The translations under genes and the position numbers were made by a program. The notes beneath the pieces are model-generated. The model did not search any database. It was given only the letters and a program-made list of their open reading frames with translations, and was not told the DNA's origin. DNA of 63,502 bases, counting the filler, from Welwitschia mirabilis (taxonomy: Eukaryota), in the NCBI GenBank assembly GCA_051453625.1. It is 5 parts of one record of this genome, joined end to end, with 100 filler letters (N's around TTAATTAATTAA, not from the genome) between each part and the next. Parts side by side here need not be neighbours in the genome. Positions count along the whole stretch, not along the records: positions 1 to 24,234 come from JBOZIK010000001.1; positions 24,335 to 42,661 come from JBOZIK010000001.1; 3 more parts are not named here. One strand, given 5' to 3'. Position 1 is the stretch's first letter; each line of letters opens with the position of its first letter. Positions 12,701 through 24,705 of the stretch are shown one piece after another.

Positions 12701-14325
12701 TATAATCTATCTTAACTTCATTTAGATTTAGTAGAAGTTGTGTTGCAGATGACCTTGTAGTTTCTGATTAGCAAGCATGGTTTGTTATAAAATAATAATA
12801 AGATTTTCAATGTTGAAGTTTGTTCTATATTGTATCTTTCTCAACTCATCAATGTAATTTCTAAGTGGATTACCTTGGTTTTGTAAGTTGGATGAGCTTA
12901 CTTGAATATTTGAATTGTTTGATTAGAAATTAGCATTCTTAAATCTCTTTCCAAATGGTTGGAAATTAGGATGATTCGTTTAAATTTTTTTGAAATTAGG
13001 TTGTTTTAATCTAGATTAAAAGTTGTTTTAATTTTGGATTTGACTTTGATTTTGGTTTTGATTAAAGTTTGAAAACCTTTAATCAAAGGCACACACTTTT
13101 TCATAAATTCTTTCTCTATATCTTAATAATAAAAGATAATATTTTATTACATGATAGTTGTCTTTACATAAATTACAAGTTATTGCTTCAACCACACTCT
13201 TTTCTATTGTTACATATATATCTAAAATCATTTGAGTGTATTTCTCTAAAGATAAGGTAAAATCCTTAATAATATTAGTTGGTTCTTTTTAAATTTTTAC
13301 TTCCTCCTTCTGTATTTTAACTTATTTAAGATCTTTAATGATTTAACTTACTATTCAATTTTCTCTAGGTAAGGATTTAAGCCAAGTTTGGTTCATTTTT
13401 ACTAACTATTTTAACACTCTTTAAGCATTTTCTAATATAAGGTTTATTAAATTTCCTTCATAAGAAAAATTGACAAGTTGCTTAGTTTGACTATTGAATC
13501 TATTATAAAAGTAATCTACCAACTATTCTTGATAAAAATCATTTACGATGTTTGAATGTAAAGTAATAAAAACTCTCTTATAGATAGAGACATAATTTTC
13601 ATTAGGCTATTATTGGAAGTTAATTACTTCTTTCTTACATTTTATAATGGTAGTTTCACTCATGCATATCTTAATGAAAGCTTTTTGAACTTAACTTCAT
13701 GTTTTTAGACTCTTATGTAGAATTGTTCTTAACCAAATTTTAGCTTTACCTTCTAAAGTAATGGGAAAAAGTACCATATAAGTTCTCTCACTTATTGTTT
13801 TTGTACCATTTTTTAAAGTGAGTATTAACTATTCAATGTTGGCAATATGTTGTAAAGGATCTTCATCATGTCCACCACTAAAATTAGGATAAGCATTTAA
13901 ATAATTGAGTTTAATATCGTCACCATAACGTAAATCAAAAGAGTTTGAATTTTATATTTTTTATTATTAATAACCTTGCTAAGGATGACATTATCATTGG
14001 ATTTATTGGTGTAGTTGTAAAGGTTATAATAATGAGTGGATTAGGCCAAGCAACTTGCTTTTGCTTTTGTAATAAACTAGACATATTTAAAAATTGATTT
14101 TCTTCTAAACTATTGTCAAAATAATCTTCTAAATTTTTTTTTATAAGATCAAATTCTAAAGTAATGAATTTAGAAATTTATCAAGTTTTTAAAAATTATA
14201 TACCTTTAGTGTGTATACCTGAGTTAAATTCAAAGTTAATTAAATCTCCCTGGATGTTTTCTTCTATGGAAAACCATTCTCTTTAATATTTTTCTTTCTT
14301 ACTAGATTTATTATGTTGCAGCATG
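9793..14325 (-). pseudogene. gag-pol: Athila gag-pol remnant
   Basis: gag AYPNFSGGHDEDPLQHI; RT EWISPLMRVPKK and DSIEIVIDDF; RNase H RHYLLGFHTNIYTDHAIIRYLM; integrase N-terminal WYVDIVNYLV. Confidence 0.9.
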
Positions 14326-14775
14326 CTCAGTTTTGATGTTTAGTATGTTGTCCCTATGATCATTCAGATGATAGTCTAGATAATAGATAACACAGAAAAC
14401 ATAAAAATAAAAAACATAAAAAACAAAAGCGCATAATAACAAACATAGAAAATACTAAAAATTGATTGTTGTCTCCTAACTTATCTACATAATAGAGGGA
14501 ATGATATAAAAACCCTAATTTTCTAAGAAAGTGAAAAATTGAAAAAAATCAAGGCATAAAGGTCATCATAGTTGCACATTATTAGATGATGAAGTGGATG
14601 ATAAAGCATTTATTTTGGAATGTAAAACTAGAAATTATAAAAAGAAAAATCTGTATTACTGTAACTAAAAATATAGTGCTACTATAGGAAAATATCCAAA
14701 CTAGAATCCAAACACTTACTTGATCAATGATAATCCTTAAATGTTAAGTAGCCTTCTCTATCAATGGCACAAAGA

Positions 14776-15772
14776 TGTTGTGATCTGTATCTGTGCAAAT
14801 GTTATAATAATAAGAAAATCCTATCATTCATAAATAAATATATATTTTATGCAATACAACACACTGATATAAATGGGAGTGGACTCAAGTGTCATAATTC
14901 ATCAAAGGCCTAGGTTAAAAGAAAGAGAATTGATTTCAAGAAAAACACTTAGATATTTTAATAGTAGAAATAGAATGTAATGCAAAAAATAATAATGAAA
15001 ACACACTTATGAAAATTTAATCTAGAAAAGAAAAAAATATTGCACTTAAACTAACAATGCTCAACCTTGATAAAGGTTGCCCTTTATAATCTATATCACT
15101 TAAGAAGCTATCAGAGAATCAGAAACAATATAAACTATAAGGGATAAGTAATATAATATATATAAGAAAATAAAAAGAGTCCTTTAATTAGTTTTTAACC
15201 AATATCCATGTTATAAAATAGCCACACTTTAATGAAAGAATCACAACTCAACAATAAGGAAGATGTCTCTTTGCAACTATAAGGATAGATCTCTAGTCTT
15301 TTAATCTCCTATCACAAGAATTTTTAATAAAAGTAAAGACAAGTAGGAGTTGAGATTAGAATCAATACTTATTGATAAATAGACACACAAACAAATAAAT
15401 AAGATAAATAGGCATGATCATAAACCTAATAATCGTGCAAGAGAAATAGAGATAAATGGCAAAAGCTAGGTGAAATTTAGTAAAACATTATAATAGATTT
15501 TTTACTACTAGTTTCTCAGACGATGAGGTGGACAATAGGATTTTTACAAGTGTTCATGTAATGGATCAGCTTCAATGTTTGTAGAAAGTTTGCTTCAAAA
15601 TACAAAATTTTGTAAACTACTTTATATGCTATAAAATATCATAAAGATTGCATGTTTTTGTAGCTTTCATCTCATCTTTCTATTATCATAGAAATTTAGC
15701 ATAAATTTGTTTAATATCCTACAAAACTACTCAAAATATCATATCAAATATATGGATGTTGGCAGCATAACA
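14776..15772 (-). repeat. Athila 5' LTR of B
   Basis: + strand termini TGTTGTGA...GCATAACA, adjacent to a PBS. Confidence 0.85.
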
Positions 15773-16321
15773 ATATGGTTCTTTCATAAGCTAGATGTTG
15801 TTTTAATTCATATTACAAGCTCTATTTCTTTTGTTAATTGATACTTTAATATCCTTTATGATTTATATTTTTTAATTTGGTAATAGTATCATTAGTAATA
15901 TAGGTCTTAAGAAAAACCTTTATTAAGGTTGATGAGAGTAGTTTAGAAGCATTTTTCATTACACATTATTTGACTTAATTGATAGCTTAAGTTGGTTTAA
16001 GTTAGTGATAGTTTTTCTAGTTGATTTAGGTTATATAGGATCAATCTTCCTTATAAATTAATTTAGTAATCAAATAGGTGTTCATCTAGATTAAGTGCAT
16101 TTACATTGCATTACGTGTTTACGTTTTTGCATTGTAGTTAAGTTTAATATATAATATTTTTTTTGAAAATTAATTCTCTTCTTCTCTTACATGCCTTTAA
16201 TGGGTTTATGATAATTGTATCACTTCCATTTATAATAGTGTATCATATTTTGCAATATATATATTTGTGATTAATAGGATTCAATAAAGGATGAAAATTT
16301 ATAAAATTACACACTATAACA
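15773..16321 (+). repeat. 3' part of the Athila 5' LTR of A+
   Basis: Ends ...ACACTATAACA, matching the reverse complement of other LTR ends, and is followed by a PBS. Confidence 0.75.
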
Positions 16322-16324
16322 TCT

Positions 16325-16342
16325 TGGCATCATTGCTAGGGA
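16325..16342 (+). promoter_or_regulatory. tRNA-Asp primer binding site (deaminated)
   Basis: TGGCATCATTGCTAGGGA differs from TGGCGCCGTTGCCGGGGA (complement of the plant tRNA-Asp 3' end) only by C>T/G>A changes. Confidence 0.85.
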
Positions 16343-17048
16343 AGGTTGCTAAGGAGCATGAAGATTGTCATTACTTAAATAAATAAATTGAAGTTTAGTT
16401 TAAGTATTTATCTATAGTAACATTGTATTTCTATTTATGAATCATAGGTTTTCTATTTATATTTTTTAATTTTTCTTAGTCTATAATAATAGTTTATCAT
16501 TTTTTCTCTCATCTAGATGACATTGGGAATAACAACATAAATTTTTCAATTTTATTTTTTATTCATAACTTTTCTTTTCTACTTTTATGAGAATAATAAA
16601 ATACCTATCATCTTTTTTATTGTCCCCATGGATGACAATCTTTCTATTTCTATTTTCTACTTATGGCTTTTTACTTATAGTAGTTTTTTTAAGTTCAATA
16701 ATAATCTATTTTGTTATTCCTTATGTCATTTGCATGACTAAATGAATGAATACTAGTTGTTTTGTATTTTGTTTTTATTATTTTCTATTTAAAGTATGAT
16801 ATAATATGATTAATTTAGGAAAGAAATATCAAAGATAAAGGCTACTAATAGAAGAATATATCAGAGAAGGATTAGTCAATTTTAAAATAGAATTAGGTAT
16901 ATAATCTCCAAGTGCATATAATATTTCTTCCAAGTTCATCTTTTTAGAATCTGATTTTATGAAAAAAATGTTTTCAGAAAGTAATTTAAAATAAGATAGT
17001 TTTAAGATGTTAAGTTCTTCACATTAAAAAAAAACTCATAAGGTCTTT

Positions 17049-18382
17049 TATTAAGTTATTATTTGCCAATTGTCAAACTAATGTTTTCTATGTAGTAAAA
17101 CATATTGTATCTTATGCAAAAAATATTGAACATTGCAAGTCAGAACATGAAATAATTTATTACATTTTGATCCTAAAACTTATCAATGTTTTATACCCTC
17201 TTGAGGGATTGATTATACTTCTAAGGAATTGACTGCACCTGAATCTTAGATGGAAATGAAGGATTGACTAAATAATGAGGGGCTAATCAGACTTGTGTAC
17301 TTAAGCATCAATACTTCTTAACTAATTATCAAGGGTTGGACCTAATACCTAAGGGATCGACTAGACCTATTTACCTGAGCATAAATACTTTATAGTCAAT
17401 CATCAAGGGGTAAACTAGATTCTTAAAGAACTGATTAAAGTTAAAATATCATTTACTCCTTACTAGTAAGGGATAGACTAGACTTTTATGAGGTTAACTA
17501 AACCTAGAGCAAAAAACTATGTTGGATTTTTTTCTTAACCAAGGAAGACCGAATAAATATACCAGTGACCAGATGAGTAGTTAATTAAATCCTAAGAAGT
17601 CAACTAGACATGGATTTGTAAGAAATAAGGGTAGAATAAAAGAACCAAAGGGCAACCAATTTGAGTGACAATACTAAATGGGATTGATTGGACTTTTAAG
17701 AAGTGGATCAGTTATAATAGAAATGTGATTTTTCTAGCTATTACATATCCATTTTTATGTCTGTTAGAAGTTATTTTTAGTTGTAAAAACTATAAAATTC
17801 TTTCCCTATATATTCGCTAAGAGTCAAAATCACTGTACCACTTTTGAATCTTTTTGAAATCATTCTTGTACTCATTAGCATCTCATACTTGACCAAAGAT
17901 AAACCTTGAACTATTATTATCATTACATACTTAGTTGAGTCTATTTGCACTCTATGCTTTTTGATTGTACCATCTTTTGAAGAAGTGCATCAATACTATT
18001 TTTGAGTCAAAGATTAGATAAAATCTATTCATTTTATTACATCATTGTTACCACTTTGCTTTTTTGTAAAAGATTGAGACTGAGCCTTAAAAATGTCCAT
18101 TTGTAAAGGTTATAGGTAAATTTGGAATACCTAGAAAGAGTTTAATAGAGATTCAAATCAGACTTGAATGTAGGCTTATCATTAAGAATGGAGTAGGAGA
18201 TTTCCCAAACTATTATAAATCTTATTTACTTTTCATCAATATTTTTGTGCTTTCCATTCTTTACTTTGTCAGAATAGTTTTAATTTACTTGCATAACTTT
18301 TTTTGTATTCATTTTAAGTAAAGTTATTTGAATAAATTTTTAGAATTTTATTCATCACTCCTCTAGGGTTCTTAATCCTACA
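17049..18382 (+). repeat. C1 5' LTR
   Basis: TATTAAG (TG>TA)...AATCCTACA. Aligns with 33827-35050. Confidence 0.9.
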
Positions 18383-18384
18383 TT

Positions 18385-18396
18385 TGATATCAGAGC
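18385..18396 (+). promoter_or_regulatory. tRNA-iMet primer binding site
   Basis: TGATATCAGAGC versus canonical TGGTATCAGAGC, 2 nt after the LTR. Confidence 0.9.
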
Positions 18397-18449
18397 TTCA
18401 TTGAACTTGTGTTAAGATTCTAACAAGTCTAAACTCTAGAACTTAAAAA

Positions 18450-21400
18450 TAAGTGATTATTTAGATGGGTTTTTCATTAGTCATTCATCCATGTTTGATG
18501 GGTTAAATTATGCGTATTAAAAATACTGAATGATAATCTTCCTTAGTTCCTTACATGTAGACATTAAAAAGGTCATTTAAAATAGATATACTTTGTCTAC
18601 TTTATCTAAAATTGATGCTCATAATAATACCATTGTAGTTCCAAAAACCTGAGATCAATGAACTCCCAATAATAGATGCAAAGCTATCATAGATGCCCAT
18701 GCTCTTAATGTAATTTTTTATGCAATTTGTAAAGATGATTTTAAATTAATTGTAAACTATGAACATGCAAAGGAAGCATGGGATACTATTGAAGTTGCAC
18801 ATAAAGGGGCATCCACTGTCAAGTAAGTCAAACTCAAAATGCTCATTTTCAAATTTAAAGACATGCATACAGATGAGAAGAAGACTTTACAAGAATTCTT
18901 TGCCAAACTTACTAACATCATAAATTCCATAGCAAGTCTAGGTAAAAGAATGAATGAGGCAAAGGTGGTCTAAAAAGTGCTAAGATCCCTTTTAAAAATA
19001 TTTAAATAAAAAGTTATTATAATAAAAGAAAATAAAAACATAAACATAATNNNNNNNNNNNNNNNNNNNNNNNNNNNNNNNNNNNNNNNNNNNNNNNNNN
19101 NNNNNNNNNNNNNNNNNNNNNNNNNNNNNNNNNNNNNNNNNNNNNNNNNNNNNNNNNNNNNNNNNNNNNNNNNNNNNNNNNNNNNNNNNNNNNNNNNNNN
19201 NNNNNNNNNNNNNNNNNNNNNNNNNNNNNNNNNNNNNNNNNNNNNNNNNNNNNNNNNNNNNNNNNNNNNNNNNNNNNNNNNNNNNNNNNNNNNNNNNNNN
19301 NNNNNNNNNNNNNNNNNNNNNNNNNNNNNNNNNNNNNNNNNNNNNNNNNNNNNNNNNNNNNNNNNNNNNNNNNNNNNNNNNNNNNNNNNNNNNNNNNNNN
19401 NNNNNNNNNNNNNNNNNNNNNNNNNNNNNNNNNNNNNNNNNNNNNNNNNNNNNNNNNNNNNNNNNNNNNNNNNNNNNNNNNNNNNNNNNNNNNNNNNNNN
19501 NNNNNNNNNNNNNNNNNNNNNTAAAAGAAAATAAAAACATAAACATAATGGCACTTAAAGAATTATAAGGTAATTTACAGACTTATGAATTAAAATTCTC
19601 TAAATATAAGAATCTTTAAAATGTTTGCAGGAAGAGTATAGGTCAGAAAAATCAAATAAAGATCTAGATGATGATGACATTACTCTACTAGTAAGAATAT
19701 TTAAGAAATTTTTACACAAAAGAAAGAAGGAAGGTGAGCCAAGTAGAGGAACAAGAAGAGGTCACTTAAAGTTTACAAAAGATCAAGACAAAGAGAAGGA
19801 GATCTAATGTTATACATGTAAAGGCTTTAAACACATGGCAAATGACTATTTAAACAATAAGAGAGGATTAAAAAAATTGAAAGACATCTTCATTCATTAT
19901 AACATGAAACAACATGGATGAAGATGATAACAGTAATTCAAGCTAAGATTTAGATGGAGATCGAAGGCTCTCTTTCATGTCAATTATGCCTTCATTATCA
20001 AATATATCCAATACATCTAAACTTGATGATTTAAATATCATTAAAGAAGATTAGAATAAGCTTAAAGACACCTATCAAGAACTGTACATGAAGTGTGAAA
20101 AGTTGGTAAAGCACATAAATGATTTGAATAATATTATAAAAACACTCATCAAAGAAAAGGAGTAATTAGAATCAAGATATAAGATGGTTAAATCTGAAAA
20201 TTTTGAACTTGCAGAAGAGGTAAAGAACTTGTCACTTTTTATCAATAAGTTTTCTAATAGTTTAATTAAATTGGAATATATGCTTAAAATTTAAAACTAG
20301 TTCATGATACATTAGTTATTGTTTTCATCCCTTAAAGGGCATAACTTTAGCAAAATTAGGTAACTTGAAAAAATAAGTTTATTTATAAAGTTACATGTTA
20401 TTTTTGTTGTAAGTTAGATCATTCAAAGTTATTTTATAATGCTAGAAAATTGATTTTATTTTTAAATTTAATTAGTACCTTTTCATTTAAATTTGTTTTA
20501 AGAGGAGGTGTATTACATTAGTTTAAAAGAACTAAGTAAATGAAAGCTAATGATTTAAAAATTCTTTTGATTCAAATAGCTTTCAAGATTTTAAATGGCA
20601 CTAGCTAGTTTTTGAGTAGTGGCTACTCTTGACATATGATGGGAGACAAGTCTAGATTCAAATAATTAAGTTACTTTGATGGAGAAGTTATATTCAATAA
20701 TAATGGAAGAGCCAAAATCGAAGGAATCTAAAGCATTGGTGGAGGTAACTTATTTAAAACAAATAAAGTTTTGTATGTCAATGGTATAAAGCATAATTTT
20801 GTGATAAAGGTTATAAAGTTATTTTTGATAGTACCAAATGTAAAGTTAGGCATGAAAAATAAATGATCCTATTCTAAAAGCAAATAGAATAGATAATGTA
20901 CATAGCATTTATCAATCATTTTCTACTTGTTGTTTTTCCCATTGTTAATCAAAAAGAGCTTTGGTATAAATGTTTAGGGCATGTGAATTAGGATCATTTA
21001 AAAATGGTTAGTAGAAAAGAAATTGTCAAAGAAATTTTAAAAACAAATGTAGAAAAATATGGTCTTTGTAATGTGTGCCAAAAAAGAAAACAAATAATAA
21101 CATCACACAAAAGTCAAAACCAAGTTTTTACAACCATGCCTTTAGAAATTATTCATATGAACTTGGAAGGACCAGAAACTTGATGTTTAGGAGATAAATG
21201 CTATTTCTAATCATGGTTGAGGATTTCTTAAGATATAAATGGGTTGCATTTCTTTTAAACAAATCTAAAACATATAAATATTAGGCTAAAATATCCAACA
21301 AGATTCAAAATAAGAAAGACTATACCATAAAAAAAATAAGAAGCAATCATGATGGTGAGTTTGAAAATAATTTATTTAAGAAGTATTACATTAACAATGT

Positions 21401-22104
21401 CATTGATCACTAATTATTACCCCTAAAATACATCAACAAAATGGTTCCTCGAAGAAAAAGAATAGAATTCTTCAAGAAATGGTAAGAACAATGTTAAATA
21501 ACAAGGAGGTTTCAAAATATTTTTGGGCTAAAGCTATTAGAACTATATGTTATATTATAAATAGAGTTTACGTTAGACTTGATATGGATAAAATGCCTTA
21601 TGAGTTATGAAAAGAAAGATAACAAAAAGTTCCTTACTTTAAAGTCTTCGAGAGTAAGTGTAATGCATTAAAAAATAGAGAACATCTAAGTAAATTTGAG
21701 TCTAAGGCTAATGAAGTAATATTTTTGGGATATTCAACTAGAAGTAGAGCTTATCATGTCTTCAACAAGAGAAGTTTAACTATAAAAGAATTAATNNNNN
21801 NNNAAATAGATGATGTTAGCACAAAAAATATTTGTTTAAATGATGAGAAATACATATTTCTAAGCACTTCCATAAGAAAATAAATTTCTATTGAAGAAGA
21901 AGAAGAAGTTTATAAAAAAAATCACTACTAAAAAGTTTAAAGAGCTAAAATATCATCCTTTATGGTAAAGTTAGCTCAAAGATAAAGACAAGGAGATTTA
22001 TGAAGAATTTCTATACCCACATTTGTTATGTGTCACAAATTAAACCTAAGAAATTTTAACAAGCAAAATCCCATGTAGAATGAGTGATGACTATGCAAGT
22101 TAAG
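18450..22104 (+). pseudogene. gag-pol: Copia gag-protease-integrase and first RT codons
   Basis: MFDGLNYAY (gag N-terminus), CYTCKGFKHM zinc knuckle, FLSSGYS*HMMGDK (protease), LWYKCLGHVN, IRSNHDGEFEN, KFESKANEVIFLGYS (integrase region), E*VMTMQ (RT start). Confidence 0.9.
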
Positions 22105-24234
22105 TGTTGCGGTGTGCATTTACGCATAATTTTATGTTTAAATAGATTCTATCATNNNNNNNNNNGACTCAGGTTGCTTTTGTAAATTAACTTAGGAACC
22201 AGAAATAATAGAGAATAATGTAAGAAAATAAACCACCATGCAAAGTGCAAGATGCAATCTAAACTAACATGCAATCCAAATAATCCTAATCCTACTTGTT
22301 TTTTAGTCCTAACAAAGGTTGCCCTTGATAATCTATATCACCAAAGAAATTATTACTAGATCAAGGGCAACATTAGACTATAATGGTCGGAAGAAGATCT
22401 ATCATGCAAATATGAAAATGAAACAAAGATTTATATTAAAATGGTAACATTCATTTGGGTTACAAAACAACTAGGTTTTAATAGAAGATACTCAGCCCTT
22501 TACCAAGTGCATGTCTTTTTATAACTCACATAACGAGAATCTCTGATGCATCAAAGATGATAAGAAGAGTTGAAAGGGGACTTATTTATAAGGAATATAT
22601 AGTAGATAAAGATAGATAGTTAGTGTGATTAGGCATGCTTATAATAACTGAGAAGTGCATGAAATAGTCAAGGGAATCTTATCTAAGTCAGTTACATGGG
22701 AGTATCTTCCAGACGGGGACAAAAGTACATTATAAAATTTTCTTAAAATGCTGACTCAGCAGTCCACATTGGCACAATGTTGTCTTTCTTGTCATTTGGA
22801 TGATGAAGGGGATGAGGCCTTCTTTACTTATTTTCTTGAGAAGAAACCAGCATTTTATCAATAATCCTTTTTCAAATATTTATGCATCAAAAAGTACCTT
22901 TAATGCATCAAATTTAAATAAGAATTGCATTTTTTTGATATTTCTTCTTGTATCTCCAAAATCCTCATAATTTCATCTAAACTTGTATAAAAGTCCTGTA
23001 AAATAACTCATAAAACCCCATCAAATAACGTTAAATTGGCAATGTAACATAGCCCTCCACTTAGCTTTTGTCAGTTCCTGATAGAAACTAGACTAAAAAA
23101 CCATAATTGCAAGATAATTTATTTTTTAAAAGATAAATCTAGAAATCATAAAATAGGCTCATAAAAACACATCACATGGATAAATAACAAGTAGTTCGTA
23201 ATGTGTATGAAAATTTTAAAAATTTTATGTCATAAAAGCTGTAAATTAAGTTAAAAATTTTTGAAAACTGAGCCATGAAAATGAGTCTCCACTCCCCTCC
23301 CTCTCATCATAAAGAGAAAGAAAGATGTTCCATATTAAATAAAGCAAATAAGATAAATGAGAGTGAGAAGGAGGTGCAAGATAATGAAAATGGAATCAGG
23401 TTTCAAAACAAAGTGCAAAGCTAAGTAATGTCATATTTGAAAAATATAAAGATAGAAAATATTTTAATAAGAAGAGGGAATAATAAAAATGTTTTCTCAT
23501 AAAAAGAACATGAGCAGCACTTACAACACCAAAAATATGAAAAATAACACAAATTTATTGAGAAAAAATCAGCTAAGAAACTATCTTTTATTGAAAACTT
23601 AAATAAGAAAAATATGTTAAGAAAATACAGTAATGACTTTGAAATAACAAACTAAACCACAAATAAAAATAAGAAGAATGGACATAAGATAACATAAACA
23701 AAAGATAGCTCACCAATATAACATTTGAACCTAGCAAATTTCCATGAAAGAAAACATAACATCACTTAATGTAAAAAATGAATGACTTAATGTACAAAAT
23801 ATCCATTCGATAATGCAATGATTATGATGATGCTAGAGTAATATGCTTTAAACAATGAATGATTAGACCAAAGAATTGCTCAAAAAATGAACTCTCCTAC
23901 TATCATCTCAAAACAAACAACAAAATCTCAAGAAATGAAATGGATATTTAGAAAGACTAAAAGTCTAGGAAATAAGCAATGTCTATGATGACACCAGGAA
24001 CACCATTGATCCTGTAGCCTTAAAGTTATTCGAAAAAATTTATTATCTATAATGAGGGGAGTGCAACCATAGTCAAAGAAGTAAGGACCCAGGAGGCATG
24101 GCTAACTGACCTCCTAGTGGAATTCCCATAGCTATCATATTACACTACCAAAAGCTTCTCTTAGAAATATTTGCCCTAGTGTACTTACAGTAGGACATCA
24201 TGGTGACCATGTTCTTAAAATATCTCAAATATAA
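22105..24234 (-). mobile_element. Athila element D: 3' LTR (22105-23049), PPT, 3' UTR; inserted at the C1 RT start
   Basis: TGTTGCGG...GTAACA termini, PPT complement TAGCCCTCCACTTAGC at 23050. UTR homologous to 57180-58330. Confidence 0.85.
24048..24202 (-). ncRNA. Candidate structured RNA element, copy 2
   Basis: Reverse complement aligns end to end with 1595-1749. Confidence 0.5.
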
Positions 24235-24278
24235 NNNNNNNNNNNNNNNNNNNNNNNNNNNNNNNNNNNNNNNNNNNN

Positions 24279-24290
24279 TTAATTAATTAA
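24279..24290. other. Artificial six-frame-stop scaffold linker TTAATTAATTAA (also 42706-42717, 52357-52368, 56218-56229)
   Basis: Identical 12-mer centred in 44N+12+44N blocks four times. Confidence 0.95.
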
Positions 24291-24334
24291 NNNNNNNNNN
24301 NNNNNNNNNNNNNNNNNNNNNNNNNNNNNNNNNN

Positions 24335-24705
24335 CTAAAGGGTGTGAAATGAAGAGGTATAAGTTAAATACACCCTTTCATAATAATTTAATTAACTTTA
24401 CACATTATTTTTAATTATCTGACTGTTGTCCCAATTGTCGTCTCCATGACATAGAGGATGATCATACTTTCTTGACTGTCATTCCCTCTGTCATCCCCTT
24501 GATAGTAAGGATGACCAATATATCTTCATTAGTTTTCTTTGATCATTATTTTTTCAAAAATGGCTTCTTATTTGGAATATTATTACATATTTTAGCCTAT
24601 ATGGAAGCTCTATAGAATTTGCATTAATCCCTGGAAAAACCTGTAAATAATACCTAAAAATGTACTCCACAAGTGCATTAAATAGGTCAAGTTAGCATCT
24701 CAACA
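24335..24705 (-). repeat. Athila LTR 5' end (element D'), inserted ~17 nt into the C2 5' LTR
   Basis: Ends TTAGCATCTCAACA, then TCAATTAATG matches position ~18 of the C2 3' LTR. Contains dyad motifs. Confidence 0.75.

Larger units (their letters stand above)
9793..15772 (-). mobile_element. Athila element B: 5' LTR, PBS, gag-PR-RT-RNaseH and integrase start; remainder lost in gap
   Basis: LTR 14776-15772, PBS 14755-14772 (TTGTGCCATTGATAGAGA), gypsy domain order. Inserted in the LTR of element A+. Confidence 0.85.

Noticed and set aside
24279-24290. Palindromic TTAATTAATTAA repeated four times
   Set aside because: Always centred in identical 44N/44N blocks. It is a synthetic six-frame-stop contig linker.
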